A stretch of DNA of 64,000 bases, from NCBI GenBank assembly GCA_053919585.1, contig CM132791.1; one strand, written 5' to 3'. This document shows, one piece after another, positions 13,652 through 28,107 of this stretch (the first letter of the stretch is position 1; every line of letters starts with the position of its first letter). A program made the translations under genes and the position numbers. This DNA comes from Euprymna scolopes (lineage: Eukaryota). The notes beneath the pieces are model-generated. The model was given only the letters and a program-made list of their open reading frames with translations. It was not told where the DNA came from and made no database searches.

Positions 13652-14118
13652 TATATTAAGTAAGATAATTGATAATTTATAATTAAAATCAAAAAAATAA
13701 AAATCGGTTTTATAAGGAAGCACCGACAAAATCAATAAATTGTACGATCGTTTCGGAAACGATGTTTTTATTGTGATATACAATGAGTCTTGGACAATAA
13801 TTTTATCATATATTTTTTTGAAACAAAGATATTGGGTATTTTTTTTTCTAAAGACACCAAAAATAAACCTAGCATTTTTTAATGTAAGGCAGATGTATCT
13901 TTTAATGGTTCGCCTTCTAAAAGTCGTACGTATCATCGTCAATGGTAAATGTAGTTTCAAAAAACTATATGATAAAATTATTGTCCAAGACTCTATCACA
14001 ATAAAAAACATCGTTTCCGAAACGATCGTACAATTTATTGATTTTCTTTGTTCTTCCTCATGAGACGATTTTTAATTTTTAATTTTAATTATATATTATC
14101 AAACATTTTACTTAATAT
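13652..14118. mobile_element. Fold-back MITE with long (~180 bp) imperfect TIRs
   Basis: aaaatcaataaattgtacgatcgtttcggaaacgatgttttt...gagtcttggacaataattttatcatata (13728-13812) is mirrored at 13966-14045. The near-identical ORFs on opposite strands reflect this symmetry. Confidence 0.85.
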
Positions 14119-14414
14119 TAAAATAATCTAGGATGTATATGCCTATCGAGCTTATTATATATCTACATTACAACGAGAACAGTTTTCTATTCTTTCCTTT
14201 TATTGTATTAATGAATTTGCTAATGCTAATACATTAAATATACTCTGCTGTTTAGACTTTTTTTCTNNNNNNNNNNNNNNNNNNNNNNNNNNNNNNNNNN
14301 NNNNNNNNNNNNNNNNNNNNNNNNNNNNNNNNNNNNNNNNNNNNNNNNNNNNNNNNNNNNNNNNNNNNNNNNNNNNNNNNNNNNNNNNNNNNNNNNNNNN
14401 NNNNNNNNNNNNNN

Positions 14415-15122
14415 GCTCCTATATCGTTGACTATTTAAAAAAAACTGATAACATATAATGATAGAAAAGGTGTCGAGACACCGGAAGGGACATGTTTGAT
14501 CTGGCAGAACAGTGTTTCATTAAAATTGTGGGGTCTGCGTTCGCGCCTGGTTCACAAAGTATGGAAATAAAAAAAAATTTAAATTAAAATAAAAAAGTTT
14601 ATAAGTGTTTTTGATGTAGATGTACATAAGAATACTTTGATATGTTTTAACTTAAATAGGGATGGTATAATAAAATTTTGGGGTCTGCGTTCGCGCCTGA
14701 CCTCCATAGAATGGAAATAGGCACACACTTTAATAAAGACTTTTCATATCTATCTGCATAAGTATACTTTGATAATTATGTTTCGGTTTGAAGAAATATG
14801 GTATAATAAAATTATGGGGTGTTCGTTCGCGCCTGACCTCCATAGAATGGAAATATGTCACAAAGTTTAACAAGGCTTTTTAATATAGATCCACAGAATA
14901 TTGTGATAAGTGTTTCAGTGTGAACAGGTATGGTATAATAGATTATGGGGTTTATCTATTTTATTTTTACTTTCATCATATTTTGCTTTGGTTTTGATAC
15001 CCCCAAATTCGAAGCTATCTCTTTACAACCCTTCCTTTTCATAACCTATCATACTTTCATAAATCAGAGTCCATGTTCTGAAGGCTGTTTTTGAACCCAG
15101 TCAACGACGGGTACTTTTGCTA

Positions 15123-15123
<1 letters not shown>
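14415..15123 (+). mobile_element. Non-autonomous Helitron-like family A, copy 1 (5' end in gap)
   Basis: 3' hairpin ACCCAGTC-AAC-GACGGGT then CTAG|T into (TA)n. Internal ~140-bp tandem units (ggggtctgcgttcgcgcctg). Homologous to 25478-26224 and 48050-48806. Confidence 0.75.
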
Positions 15124-15187
<64 letters not shown>

Positions 15188-16294
15188 TAAAAAATCGTTG
15201 TAAACGTAAAGTCTCCTATATTTTAGCTCCAAAAGTTGAAGTGCGACAAAGACGCGAGCTGCACACTTAAAACGAGCAATATTTGGCATTTTGTACTCCA
15301 GAATATGTTTTTTTACATAACCACCATTATGAGCAATAAGTGTTCACAGTCTTCCGGGGCACATTTTCTAATACGAGCGACATTTCAAAGGTAAAACTAT
15401 TCTATTTTTCATGTCTAAAAGTTACAGATTTATGAAGTCTGCAGTGGTTCCATTTTAAAAACGCGATCTGTTTCGCTCCCATATTTATTTTTCTACATGG
15501 TCACCACAATTCTCAATGCATTTCAGCAAGAATTATAATGACGCATCTCTGCTTCTGACGTCTGTAGATGAGAACCTTCCTAGTTTCACACCGTTAATAT
15601 TTGCAACTCAGAGATGAAACTTTCAGGTCATGAATGCATAAGTTCAGTTATCACAACAATGCAATTTGGAATCCCCTCTGATGCATTCGGACGGAATGAA
15701 TAAATAAGTTGCAATACTGTTGAAACGGCCGTCGAGTGTGCACGTATACACATACGTATAATATATTTTTATATTTATAATTTTTTACAAATTTCTTTTA
15801 AGTATATATTATTATTATATATTTTACATAAATAGAATGAGGAAGCGGAGGGTGGAAGAATTGTCCTTTTTTTGTCCGCTAGCGGATGTGATATATTTAC
15901 CGATAAACAAACACATATGTGTATATCTCCTTTTCACATATATTTGTTGTTTTTTAAATTCATTTTCGTCTTAGTGGTGTGTATTAGTTAAGTTACGCAA
16001 CACGTTAACAGCGAGTGGTCCAATTCATCAGTTAAATGGAGGCATTGATACCCAAAATAAGAATGAATAAAAGATCTTTGTGTTCGGAAATATTTGTCAA
16101 ATTTGGTTGTATGTTCCCATTAATGGTGTTGCATGCGTGCGTGCACATGTGTTGTGTGCGCCTATGATCACCACTGTGGCCCGAGATTTTTATTCTTTTT
16201 TCTGTCTATTAAATAGGTTTTTCTTTTTTTGTGTGAAATAAATTCTTTACTCGTACAAGAGAGATTGGTTTAATCTTAACATGCTTAAATTACG

Positions 16295-16690
16295 CAAGGA
16301 ACGTTGCGAGCTTGTCGTTGTTTTATCGTTATTTCCATGGCAAGTGCTCGGCTGAGCTCCAATCTCTGGTCTCCTCTCGCCAGACTTTCACGAAAAACGC
16401 TCGCCCATCTGAAACCACTATCAGTAATTTTCCCACTCTTTATCTGTGCCTAAATCAAAACGTAGATTCCATGAACAAAGCTTCTTTCTTAGAACTGCAC
16501 GGCTGTGGAACTCTCTTCCGTTTGCCTATTTCCCACCTGACCACAACTTGGGTGTCTTCAAGTCCAACATAAACAAATTCCTGATGAACCACCCCCTTAA
16601 GTAATCCACTTTATCAGATCTCCATTACTAACGATTACTACGATAGTGGACTCCGGGCCTTGATAAGTGGTGACTTCCATGTAAAAAAAT
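16295..16690 (+). mobile_element. CR1-like LINE 3' end
   Basis: RNVASLSLFYRYFHGKCSAELQSLV translation, plus the family 3'UTR gtggactccgggccttgataagtggtga...tgtaaaaaaa. Confidence 0.85.
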
Positions 16691-17582
16691 TGTAAGTTTC
16701 GTTTTTTTTTTTTTTACATTAGTAATTCATCGCCTTCTTTTTGCTGATCCTCGTATTCCTAACCTTCTTGACTTGCTTCTCCAGATTTCCTTATCACCCT
16801 GCCTGGCTTGCACTTCTTTTTCTTCTGTCGTTTTCCCTTGGTAACAGAGCTCGAACGCACGTATGCGAATGGACACGAAACGCGAAATTACATCACCATA
16901 AGGATAAAGATAAAGACTAGCAAAAGAAGGTGGTCTGCAGATGGAGTAACACGTCCGGAAATATGTTCGAGAGCGCGTTAAACACAACAGTCGTGGGAGA
17001 AGACGAGCACATTTGGAATCTCGTTTTATTCGGGAAACTACACAGAAATGTTGTTGTTAAAACTACACGTAGATTCCGTATGTAAATGTGTGTACCATTA
17101 CACCTCTGCCATTTCCATCTCGTATTCTTTTTGTTTGTGCGATCCTTCTACATAAATCATTAATATACTAGCAGGATGTGGCGCCCGGCATTGCCGTGTC
17201 TTAGAATACGCTTAAGCATATTTCCTCAGTCATTATAGAAATCTCACTGTCATTATTTTCTCATTATTGGAAGTAGTGGTAGAATTGTATTTGCTTGTGG
17301 CCCTTTTCAGTGTTTACCTTCTCCGACTTTCTTTATTTAGTGATCATCACGGATTATTTCCAAATTTTAAAAGGTTATGCAATATAAATAATTAATCCGT
17401 TATGCAATTGCATCTATAATCATTATATGTTATGTAATGTACATTCATGAACAGTCGTAATAGGAAAATAAAATTACAACTGGAAAACCATTTACAACAA
17501 GTGATTGTACGACACGGTGACCACACGTGTTCTGACTGATTGCTACGTCATGACTCATGACGCCCACATGTTATGATACGTT

Positions 17583-17656
<74 letters not shown>

Positions 17657-19162
17657 TCGTATTCCTCTCTGTTCGTTTGTTTGTTTGTTCACAATTTGAT
17701 TAATATATACAAAAGTTTCCTTACTTTACTCTTTCATTTATTTCTATATATAGTATGATTCTAGTAAAATATACAATTAAGAGATCGTGCCAGTTGTATA
17801 TTACTTTAAGAAAAATCTATTTTATTAAATAGCAGTATCTTAATTAATGTTTCTAGCGAGATAATTGTTTTAGTGTTCTATTTAAGATTGTTATTTAATA
17901 AATTTTAAAGAATAGTTTTATTGATAGCATATTTAATTTAATTTATTTGGAATTATTATTCCAACATCGATTAAAACAAATTTTTTATAGTTATTTGCCC
18001 TTAGAAACTTCCGAATATAAACACACAAACTATTCACCCAAGACTAAAAAAAGAATTCCGTGTAAATAGAAAAACGTTTGGGTTTTATTGTTGTTATATA
18101 TATATAAAAAAGCACTTATGAAAAAGTGGAAATATTTCATTTGTTCTTATTATTATTTAAACGGCTTTACAGAAATCAGTTAATTTTTACGATGTAACTC
18201 AGCATCGTTTAACACCTAAAAGTAAATATCTACTGCCCCCCTCTTAATTCCATAATTTACACTTTTCTTTGTTTTTTATTCGCGTTAATCTGATCAATTA
18301 GAAACTTAACTTTTTAATTAAAATAAAGGTAATTTTTTTACGACGTGACCCAGCGTCGTTAAACCCATAAAAAATCAAGACCTACTTTTAGGGGGCTAAA
18401 TACGTTTAAACACCCTTTATAAATAATATGAAAGAAGCAATTCTGAAAAAAAAAATGAAAATTAACATAGAGTGGTGGATCACTTTTCTATATAAATTTA
18501 ACGTAAAATGAGCACCCGATTTTTGGCCACAAAGCGTTCAACGAGACATGTCATCTCTAGCATTTATTCAAGTTTGGCGATCGAGGCGGTGCAAAACATA
18601 ACAAATATAATTTGCTTTTTTCGTGTGGGACCGGGAATTACATTTGAAACATATAAAAACAATGAATTTAATTAATTTTTAGGAGACCATTCTGTACTTT
18701 CACCTAACAATTTTATAAACAAAACTAACCCCAAAAGATTACAAATTCAATTTGGTGGGGGATTACATAACTTACATAATATGACGAAAAATGTCATTTA
18801 ATTGTTTTCGGAATTAATTTTTGGTAGATATTTATTTTTTTAGGATTCTGCCTACTTGGCTAATTTATTTCGATTGAACAGGCATTCACTTCAATTTTAA
18901 TTGAAATAAAAGTTGTAATGATTTATTTTTAATTATTTATTTCGGGGAAGGGCGTTTTTTACAGTGCTCAATATACAGAGGATAGTTTATCCTCTTTGTA
19001 TCCCTTCTGCCGACATATCTGGTGGAGAGGTTATCTGTTTTTTTTATTTTTGGAATTGTTGTGAGGGTATCCCCGTTGCCCATGATGAAAATTATTAGTA
19101 TAGCAGGTGTGTTTCAAATGGAACTCCATGTTAACCCATGCAACGCCGGGTACCCATGCTAG

Positions 19163-19226
<64 letters not shown>

Positions 19227-19759
19227 TACCCTAGCCCATCATGAGTTATGATACAACGAAAGAGCACTGTATGTGGATGACGATATATTAAAGCTCCCTT
19301 TTTTGGGTAGAGCATTGTCGTAAACGTACCTCACTCGCTACTTAAATGTCTATAAAGTGAGGTTAGCTTTTTGTTTGATTGTAAATATATAAGAAGCTCG
19401 AACACTGTAAAAGCAATGGATTGCTGTCTATTTAAATGGGCATCTGTTGAGGTCATTTGCGAGCAACCCTCCCATGGGCTAGTGCGTGGAACTACCGAAT
19501 ATCAACATGCTGTTGTAGGTTTAAACAATCGCATAGGGAAAGGTGCTAGTTTAGCCGCACTGATGAGTTGGCATTTTGTGTCCGCTGGCGGGTGTTATAT
19601 ATNNNNNNNNNNNNNNNNNNNNNNNNNNNNNNNNNNNNNNNNNNNNNNNNNNNNNNNNNNNNNNNNNNNNNNNNNNNNNNNNNNNNNNNNNNNNNNNNNN
19701 NNNNNNNNNNNNNNNNNNNNNNNNNNNNNNNNNNNNNNNNNNNNNNNACATTGCTATTT

Positions 19760-20600
19760 TGATGTAGGGGGCTTCTATCAGGGACATAAGCTACAAGGGT
19801 ACTATGTGGGGAGTTGGGCAGCAAAATACCATTTCATGTTACACTTGAACTTCTGCATGTCAGTACAATTGGGGAAGAATGGACCCGGAAGGGAATTCCA
19901 TAGTCTAGCGGTTCTGGAGAAGAACATACTGGAGTAGAAGGCTCTCTTACATCTAGGAATCTCAACTGTGAAGGGGTGAGATTTTGCTGCTTGTCGGGTT
20001 TGTCGGGGATATTTACGTCGTGGGGGTACAAGTGCTTGCAGTTCGTCGGAGCATTCACTGTTAAAGTACTTGTAGAACAGGCAGAGATGCTACATTTCGT
20101 CGATGGGACAGAGGCTGAGGCTTAGATGAGAGTTCAGGACCTATTATGTTGGCGAATCCTTTTGGACTTTGTCTAGGAGTAAAAGACTAGTAGCAAATGC
20201 GTCTGCCCAAATATGACAACAATACTCCATACATGGGCGAATGGTGGCCTTATAGAATTACAGGATATTTTCGGGCGCTAGTAGCTTTCTAGCACGGTAG
20301 AGAGAACCTATATTTTCGCAGCGGTTCTGGCAATGCGCTGAATGTAATTTTCCAACATATGTTTCCTGTGAACGTGAGGCCGAGGAGTTTTAAAAGAGTA
20401 CTTTCAGATAGAGTCTTTGGGCATTGCTATTGGTGGTAGAGAAGGTTTTTTGAAGTGATTGAAAGAAACAAGTTTAGTTTTGGCAGCATTAAATGTGACC
20501 ATCCCTTTTTGTTCCCATTCCACTACAGCTTGGAGGTCACCCTCTAGTGTTTCTGCCATTTCTTTAGATATAAGTACCGATAGTTCGAACATTCTAGATT
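19760..20600 (-). mobile_element. CR1-like LINE 3' fragment (RT C-terminus)
   Basis: LEGDLQAVVEW...VTFNAAKTKLVSF and YKATIRPCMEYCCHIWA motifs. Frameshifted. Confidence 0.85.
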
Positions 20601-20826
20601 GCACAGTATATTTGCTCGAAGTCGGCGTTTCATAGTTCTTTATTCCCGTAACAGTTGATTTGGTGACCCTAAAACAAAAGCTTAGAAAATAGAGCAAAAC
20701 GGTGGCTTCATGGCAAGTTTCGTATCTGATGACCAGCATGAACTGTCACCACTACACTGACGAATGCGTTAGATTGTTTGAATCTGTAGAAACTTAATTT
20801 CCAAACTATGTTACATAGAGAAATAA

Positions 20827-21413
20827 TGTAATGTCATGACCCTTTAGGCTGAGATCATAGCGTAGTATCTGTTTACTGTGGCAAGCGGGGTCAATGGTCA
20901 AAACATTATTATTATTGTTATTGTATTCTTATTAATTGATTTGAGCGACGGATGGTCGCTGGATCAGTTATTATGATTAGTAGAATAAACAATTAAATTG
21001 AGGAAGAAATGATTGACGTGTGAATCGCAAAAAATGCAAAAATAGAAAATAGATGTAAACATTCTTTTGTATTTTGATAAACAAATAACTAGATGGAAAC
21101 ATTAGGTTGGTCTGAGACACGTAATTAGGTGACGTAAGAGAACACGTGATGCAGTTAGTTTTGGAGAGATTCAGAGAGTTGAGGATTGACCACCAGAGCG
21201 GGCAGACGTCTAGACAAGGGTGGAAAGACAGCTAGGAGCGAGCTGTATGAACAAAAAATATAGACTAACTGCAGATCCTGTGAAAACCATTTGAGGCAAC
21301 TGTAATAAATTTTATAATATAAAAATATAAAGAGTTGTTTTAATGGTTTCACAAATAAGAACAGATGTCTCAATTATATGGGTCTGATCGCTTCATGGTT
21401 CGCCACGGAGCAG
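20827..21413 (+). mobile_element. Possible 5' LTR relic with degenerate primer-binding site
   Basis: Starts TGTAAT at 20827, has AATAAA near 21305, and ends ...CTTCA at 21395 immediately followed by TGGTTCGCCACGGAG. No gag/pol follows. Confidence 0.35.
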
Positions 21414-22164
21414 CGGGAAGATACAGAAGAACTCTTCAAGACAAAAGGTATGAAGCATATATTATTCTTCTTACATATGAACTGTAAAAATATCCGGTGG
21501 GATAAGTCTGATACAACATGATTCAGTTTACACGTCAATATCATGTCCTCCTAGCTAAACAACATACATACGATTTATACGTTTATAATCTGTCTGTTAA
21601 AAGAACAATATCTTAGGTCCACTAGATAACACATGACACGTTTTAATATATTATCTCCTCCAATATAAACCAGTATGCAACAATAAAATGAAATGATAAA
21701 ATTGCAAATAAGTCGCTTTTATAACCTGTTTCTCAAACTTTCAAAATAGCTGCTTACATCTGAATAGAATTACGCGATCAGAACAAACTAGATGAAATAG
21801 GACAAGGAAAATAAATGGAAGATATGTGAACAAATGAAACAAAATCCCGTAAGAGAATAGAGCAAACTAGTCCCAAACGAATAGTAAAATAGTCACGACT
21901 GCATAGTAAACGTATTGCACGGGGAAATACGCAAACACATATATTTTAAACATGCATACAAACAAAAAGAGAGATTACCAGGAGACATTACTACTACGGA
22001 AAAAAAACAGGTAATTCAATGAGAGATTCACGTGAAATAGATAGATGCATGGCAGAAAAATTAAAACAAAAAGACGAGTGTAGTAATTGTCAACAAAACG
22101 AAAACACATCCATGTTGTATTTTTAGTCGTTTAAGCAATTCACAGGGTGAAGATGAAGATACAC

Positions 22165-23185
22165 AGAAATCGAAACCGACAGCAAAACTGTAGCATTCAA
22201 AGCGAGTGACGTCACCACTGTACCGATACGACACGTATATAAATGGATAACAAAATGGAAAATGAAAAATAAAATAAGATTTCTGTATAAAATGTAAAGC
22301 GTGTTTTTCCAATTTTGACCAATTTTTGACATCTTAACAACTATTTTAACCGGTTAAAGCCTCGTAAAAAAGTGATCTATAAAAAAATCAATCATTTAAG
22401 CCCCTAGCACCGCTCTGCGACTTTTAGTTTCGAAAGAGATAGAATTTAAAAATATGGAGACAAACAGACAGACATATAGCCTTTTATATGTTAGATTTTG
22501 ATGAGGGGATATTTCGAAGCTAAAAGTTGATACCCGTATTCGAATCTGCAATATTATTCTCTATATTGATCAATAACATTATGGAAAATTAGTCATTATC
22601 AAAAGAAAGGAAGAATGGCAAATGTTATGAATAGAAAATCAGTGACTTTTAATGACAAATTTGTTCAGAAAATGTGAAATAAAGCGTTCATAAAGCATGT
22701 GGATTCAAAGAATCTCAAAATGTAATAATAATTTACTAAAGGGGGTCGGCTTTTCCTGGGCGTAAGATACGATTAAATGTGATATTTTACTTTGTCCATA
22801 TTTCATATATAGTATTATAGAGTCGTGATTTAAAAAGTTTTTTAAAAAGTATTTGGGTGGCATCAGCTAGTATCGAAACCGAAATCAAAACTATAGCATT
22901 CAAAGCTGGTGACGTTATAAACGTGGCATGCATATGAACTGATTAAAGACTACAAAAAAACTAAAATAAATGTACAAAATGTATTACGTATTTTTCGATT
23001 TTGACCCCATTTTGACTCCTTAAAAACTATTTTAACCGGCTAAACACTCATAAGAGAACAGTCCATAGAAATATAATCATTTGAGACACCTAGTCCCACT
23101 CTTCGACTTTTAATTTCGGAAGGAATAGTTTATAAAAATACGGAGACAGACAGACAGACGGACATAGTGAGTTTTATAATAAATA
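22165..23185 (-). repeat. Two tandem ~320-bp copies of a Helitron/DINE-like element end
   Basis: atcgaaaccga...actattttaaccgg.taaa...ggagaca.acagacagac...ttttata occurs at 22169-22495 and 22872-23180. Confidence 0.7.
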
Positions 23186-25416
23186 AATATGAGCCCAATC
23201 TAAACGAACTTACTTAACATTCTGGTGGGAAAAGCATTGCTCAAACAAAGCAATGACTTTAAAAGTGTTATATGATACGAGCTAGTATGCTACATTTAAA
23301 CGTGGTTATATAGACTAGAATCTTGCTGAATGCTCAGGTCATACTTGTCAGTTGTTCTTGAAAAATGTCAACAAACTCATTCTGACTGATCATAAATCGA
23401 GATGCATAAGATCTTACCATTTTGCATGCACATTTGTCAATAAGAAATATGTGTTAAAAGCGAGTGTCACATTTAAGCGCAGTCAATCAAAAACGACAGC
23501 ACGTCGACAATTCAAACGTTTATTGCAACTACCTCAACGCAAGATATATTTTGTTTTAGCAGCATTATTTGACAATTCTTTCCCCAATTAGCAGGTAAAA
23601 GTCGACCAAATACACGCTCATATTTAGAAATATCCAAAAGTCAATTTTGATCGAACGGTTTGATAAAGAAAACTTGGGCACATACTAATGTCTGCTTAGA
23701 ATGGACGACCGTTTAACTATTTTTGGACGCATTCTAAATCTCCTTTATTTCATGCCTCCAAATATAAAGACCTTACGGTTGATTTTATATTCCTGCTTTT
23801 GTGACAATAAAACTTCCTAAATGCACTTGTGATATTAGGTTGTATAAGGTGTTAACTTTGGTGAAAACTGCGTGTTACTTCATACACTTGATCATTTCGA
23901 TTATCGATTATCGATACTTATCGAAGGCATTCCAAGTCTAAACTTATCTATAAACACTGCCAGCTACAAAAAAATACATTTTTGTGAAACTTCATTAAAA
24001 TCGTCTTGTGTAAACGAAATCTAAAAATCTTAAAATCAAATGNNNNNNNNNNNNNNNNNNNNNNNNNNNNNNNNNNNNNNNNNNNNNNNNNNNNNNNNNN
24101 NNNNNNNNNNNNNNNNNNNNNNNNNNNNNNNNNNNNNNNNNNNNNNNNNNNNNNNNNNNNNNNNNNNNNNNNNNNNNNNNNNNNNNNNNNNNNNNNNNNN
24201 NNNNNNNNNNNNNNNNNNNNNNNNNNNNNNNNNNNNNNNNNNNNNNNNNNNNNNNNNNNNNNNNNNNNNNNNNNNNNNNNNNNNNNNNNNNNNNNNNNNN
24301 NNNNNNNNNNNNNNNNNNNNNNNNNNNNNNNNNNNNNNNNNNNNNNNNNNNNNNNNNNNNNNNNNNNNNNNNNNNNNNNNNNNNNNNNNNNNNNNNNNNN
24401 NNNNNNNNNNNNNNNNNNTGTTTTGCCAAACAGTTGTTTCCCCTCAGCGAATACATTTTCAAACTAAAGACTTTTGCGTTAGAAACCATCAAAGACGACA
24501 GATGTGGACCATTGTCGTTCAGCGGCAAAGTCGAGCACTTTAAAATGTAGCCGAAAATAAAATAATAATTTTGTTTTTAAATTTTTATGTGTTTTGTTGC
24601 GTACGTTCTGAAGAAGAGGATGAGCAATAGAGAGAGAGAATGAGAGAGAGAGAGAGAGAGAGAGAACACACAAAAATATTTCGGGATAGAACGCTGTGAA
24701 ATGTATCTATGCAAGATATAAAATATAAAATAAAAATAAGATATAACACGCATAGGTTGACTATGAAGAACAAACACAAACAATAAAGTAAAACCAGGAT
24801 TTTTTTCTTTCTCTAATGAAATAACCAGAAACCCATCGCCATATTTAATATAAATAATGAGAGATGAGGCGTAAAAATCGAGGGAAAATATCGGTCTTTT
24901 AATTTGAAGTTTCGTCGATTCTATTATGATCAGAAAAGTTGGGAATGTTTCTGTTGAACTCGGGAATTTGGACGAAATATTGCGTGGAACGTTTTATTTA
25001 CTTCGGGTGAATAGTCTGCTCTGCTCTTGTTCCCTCAGCTATGACTGTATAGAGGTCGTTCGTAATTTGCATTTGTATTTTTCAGCCGCCCACACTAAAG
25101 ATTGAACCTCCAACATTCAGGAAATATCACATTTTAGAATCGATTTTTCCAAGTACTTTAACCACTGCGCCTTGCGGACACTTCTGGCGTGAATTTTAGG
25201 AGCTTTAAACCTATTTTTTTATAGTTGTTAATACACCTATTACAAATAATNNNNNNNNNNNNNNNNNNNNNNNNNNNNNNNNNNNNNNNNNNNNNNNNNN
25301 NNNNNNNNNNNNNNNNNNNNNNNNNNNNNNNNNNNNNNNNNNNNNNNNNNNNNNNNNNNNNNNNNNNNNNNNNNNNNNCATTGCTCAGCCCTATATAGCC
25401 TTCATTATTTTATGTG

Positions 25417-25477
<61 letters not shown>

Positions 25478-25482
<5 letters not shown>

Positions 25483-26222
25483 GCTGAACGTCTGTGTGTG
25501 TCTGGTCACGAATAGGCTCCTATATCGTTGACTATTATAGAAAATTGATCACATATAATGAGAGAAAATGTATCGAGACACAGGAATGAGTATGTCTGAT
25601 CTGGTATAATGGTGATTCATTAAAACTGTGGGGTCTGCGTACACGCCTGGTCCACAAAATGTGGAAATATAAAATTTAAGAATAAAAACAAACGTTTACA
25701 AGTGCTTTTGATATAGATGTACATATTAATACTTTGGTTAGTATGTTTTAACTTAAATAGGGATGGTATAATAAAATTGTGGGGTCTGTGTTCGCACCTG
25801 GCATCCATAGAATGGAAATAGGCACACACTTTAATAAAGACATTTCATATCTATCTGCATAAGTATACTTTGATAATTATGTTTCAGTTTGAAGAGATAT
25901 GGTCTAATAAAATTATGGGGTGTTCGTTCACGCCTGACCTCCATAGAATGAAAATATGTCACAAAGTTTAACAAGGTTTTTTAATATAGATCCACAGAAT
26001 ATTGTGATAAGTGTTTCAGTGTGAACAGGTATGGCATAATAAATTATGGGGTTTATCTATTTTATTTTTACTTTCATCATATTTTGTTTTGGTTTTGATA
26101 GCCCCAAACTCGAAGCTATCTCTTTAGAACCCTTCCTTTTAATAACCTATCATACTTTCATAAATCAGAGTCCAGTTTTTGTAGACTGTTTTTGAACCCA
26201 GTCAACGATGGGTACTTTAGCT

Positions 26223-26224
<2 letters not shown>
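25478..26224 (+). mobile_element. Non-autonomous Helitron-like family A, copy 2
   Basis: (TA)n-ATGCTGAACGTCTGTG...ACCCAGTCAACGATGGGT...CTGG-(TA)n; colinear with copies 1 and 3. Confidence 0.75.
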
Positions 26225-26289
<65 letters not shown>

Positions 26290-26296
<7 letters not shown>

Positions 26297-26940
26297 TTTT
26301 GACTTATGTCAAGGCAACCTACATCAAAAATTTCAAGTATTTAGATCCAAAATTAGTGAAGTCTTCAAAGATCAACTCTTTCAACTTTGACCTCTGGCCA
26401 GCCAAATTTTCGCCGAAAAACTGAGTAAAAAGCTTCCTGCCTGTCTGAATACTCTTAATGTAAAATTTTAAAGTTTTGACCGAAAATTGGTTTAATAGTT
26501 TCTAGAGACCGCAGATGTAAACTTTTTTTTTAAACTTTGTCCCCTTGGTAGTCAAATTTCGACCAAAAACCGATTAAAAAGCTTGCCATATTTCTGAATA
26601 CACTTTATGTAAAATTTTAAATGTTTAGACAAAAAATCGGCTGAGAGGTAATTTTTCTTTAAGTTTACCCGATTTAGACATCTTAACGTGTATTGTTTTT
26701 AGCTCAATTCAAGTTTAAACGTTTGATCCGCGTTCAAGAAACGTACATCTAAAATTTCAAGTATTCAATCTCAAAATTGGTGGAAGAGTTTGGTAAAATT
26801 TTCAAAGGTCAAATCGTTTTACTTTGACCACTTTACAGACAAATTTCTGGCCAAAAACCGATTAAAATTATTTTCTCAAATTTCAATGCCCTTATATATA
26901 ATCTCGAGTCTGTAGGCTAAAGGTTAATAGAGTAACAAAG
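26290..26940 (+). repeat. Repeat with internal ~120-bp tandem units; inverted homologue at ~58720-59215
   Basis: Units tttgacc.ct.gg...caaattt.cg.c.aaaaac.ga.taaaaagctt...tctgaatac.ct.tatgtaaaatttta repeat internally and recur reverse-complemented at 58800-59100. Confidence 0.7.
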
Positions 26941-26986
26941 TAATTTGGCGGTAAATGTACACACAAACACACAGAGTCAAATCCAC

Positions 26987-27048
<62 letters not shown>

Positions 27049-27049
27049 A

Positions 27050-28071
27050 CTTATTACTTTATATATTATCTGTAGTTTATCATTAATGGTTCCCATATTG
27101 TATTAAATTCTATACTTGGTCTACTTAATAATTGGTTATTTCTTTGTGTCATCTTTCTCTCAACCGTTCTTCTCTATCTATAGAGTTTACTTCATCGGTA
27201 AATGGTTTCCCCTTTTCCTTCCAATATCGCCGGCTGTATCTGATTTTTCAATCTCTCCACGTACTTCGGCTTTTTGATGTTCTTCTAACCGAATTGTCCT
27301 ACCTCTGTGTAGTTTTCCACATTTAATTTGAATTTTGTGTACACATTTCTTAGTCATGATTTTTTTCCTGTGTGGGGCTTCACTCTCTTAAGCTGACCCA
27401 GAGAGTTCAATCACTGCCGAATATTGTTCTGATGTCATATGGATTACATATTCGTTGAAGTATTTCAGAAAAACCATTCATATATGGTATATAGACCATT
27501 TGCGAATTTCTGAGTGGTGTCCATTTGTGTCTTGTCCAGATTTCTTGGGCTGATGTCATGCTTTGTGGATAGTTGCTTTGGTGGAGGGTTTCTCTTATAC
27601 TGTCCATTTCCTCTTGACCTTTACTGCTGTTACTACATATTGCTTTTGCCCGGTGTTATAGGCAACGCCAATTTCATTCATTTACATTAGTGGGAGTATA
27701 AATGTATTATCTACATATCGCAACCACATTTTTGGCTTTAGTGGTGTTGATCCTAATGTCATTTTCTCAAAGTATTCCATGTATGCATTGACCAGTACTG
27801 GGGGCAATGGTGATCCGATCGCATGACCTTCTTTTTGCCGATATAATTCAGATACCATCACGAAGTATGTAGTTTCTACACAGAAGGTCATCATCTCAAT
27901 TATATTGTCAATTGGCACGCAAGTGACTTCCTTTTTTTCTACTTTACAGTAGCCACCAGATTCTATAAAATTTGCCAATTTATGGGAATATTCTGTTCTA
28001 TCCATTAACTCTGTACCCTTTGTCTGCTGGTAGTATTAAGATATCACTGTTACAACGCATGGACTTGATAG
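27050..28071 (-). mobile_element. Penelope-like element (RT + GIY-YIG), internally deleted
   Basis: MDRTEY...FCVETTYF...GHAIGSPLPPVLVNAYMEYFE...WLRYVDNTF and VYIPYMNGFSEILQRI translations. The 3' end is shared with the other copies. Confidence 0.9.
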
Positions 28072-28107
28072 TCACTAAGGAAGAAGCCTCAAAGGAGGAA
28101 GTATTCG

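Noticed and set aside
13583-14063. Overlapping antisense ORF pair with similar sequences
   Set aside because: A consequence of the fold-back MITE symmetry.
19558-19602. CTGATGAG hammerhead core
   Set aside because: No stem II or GAAA partner is visible before the assembly gap.
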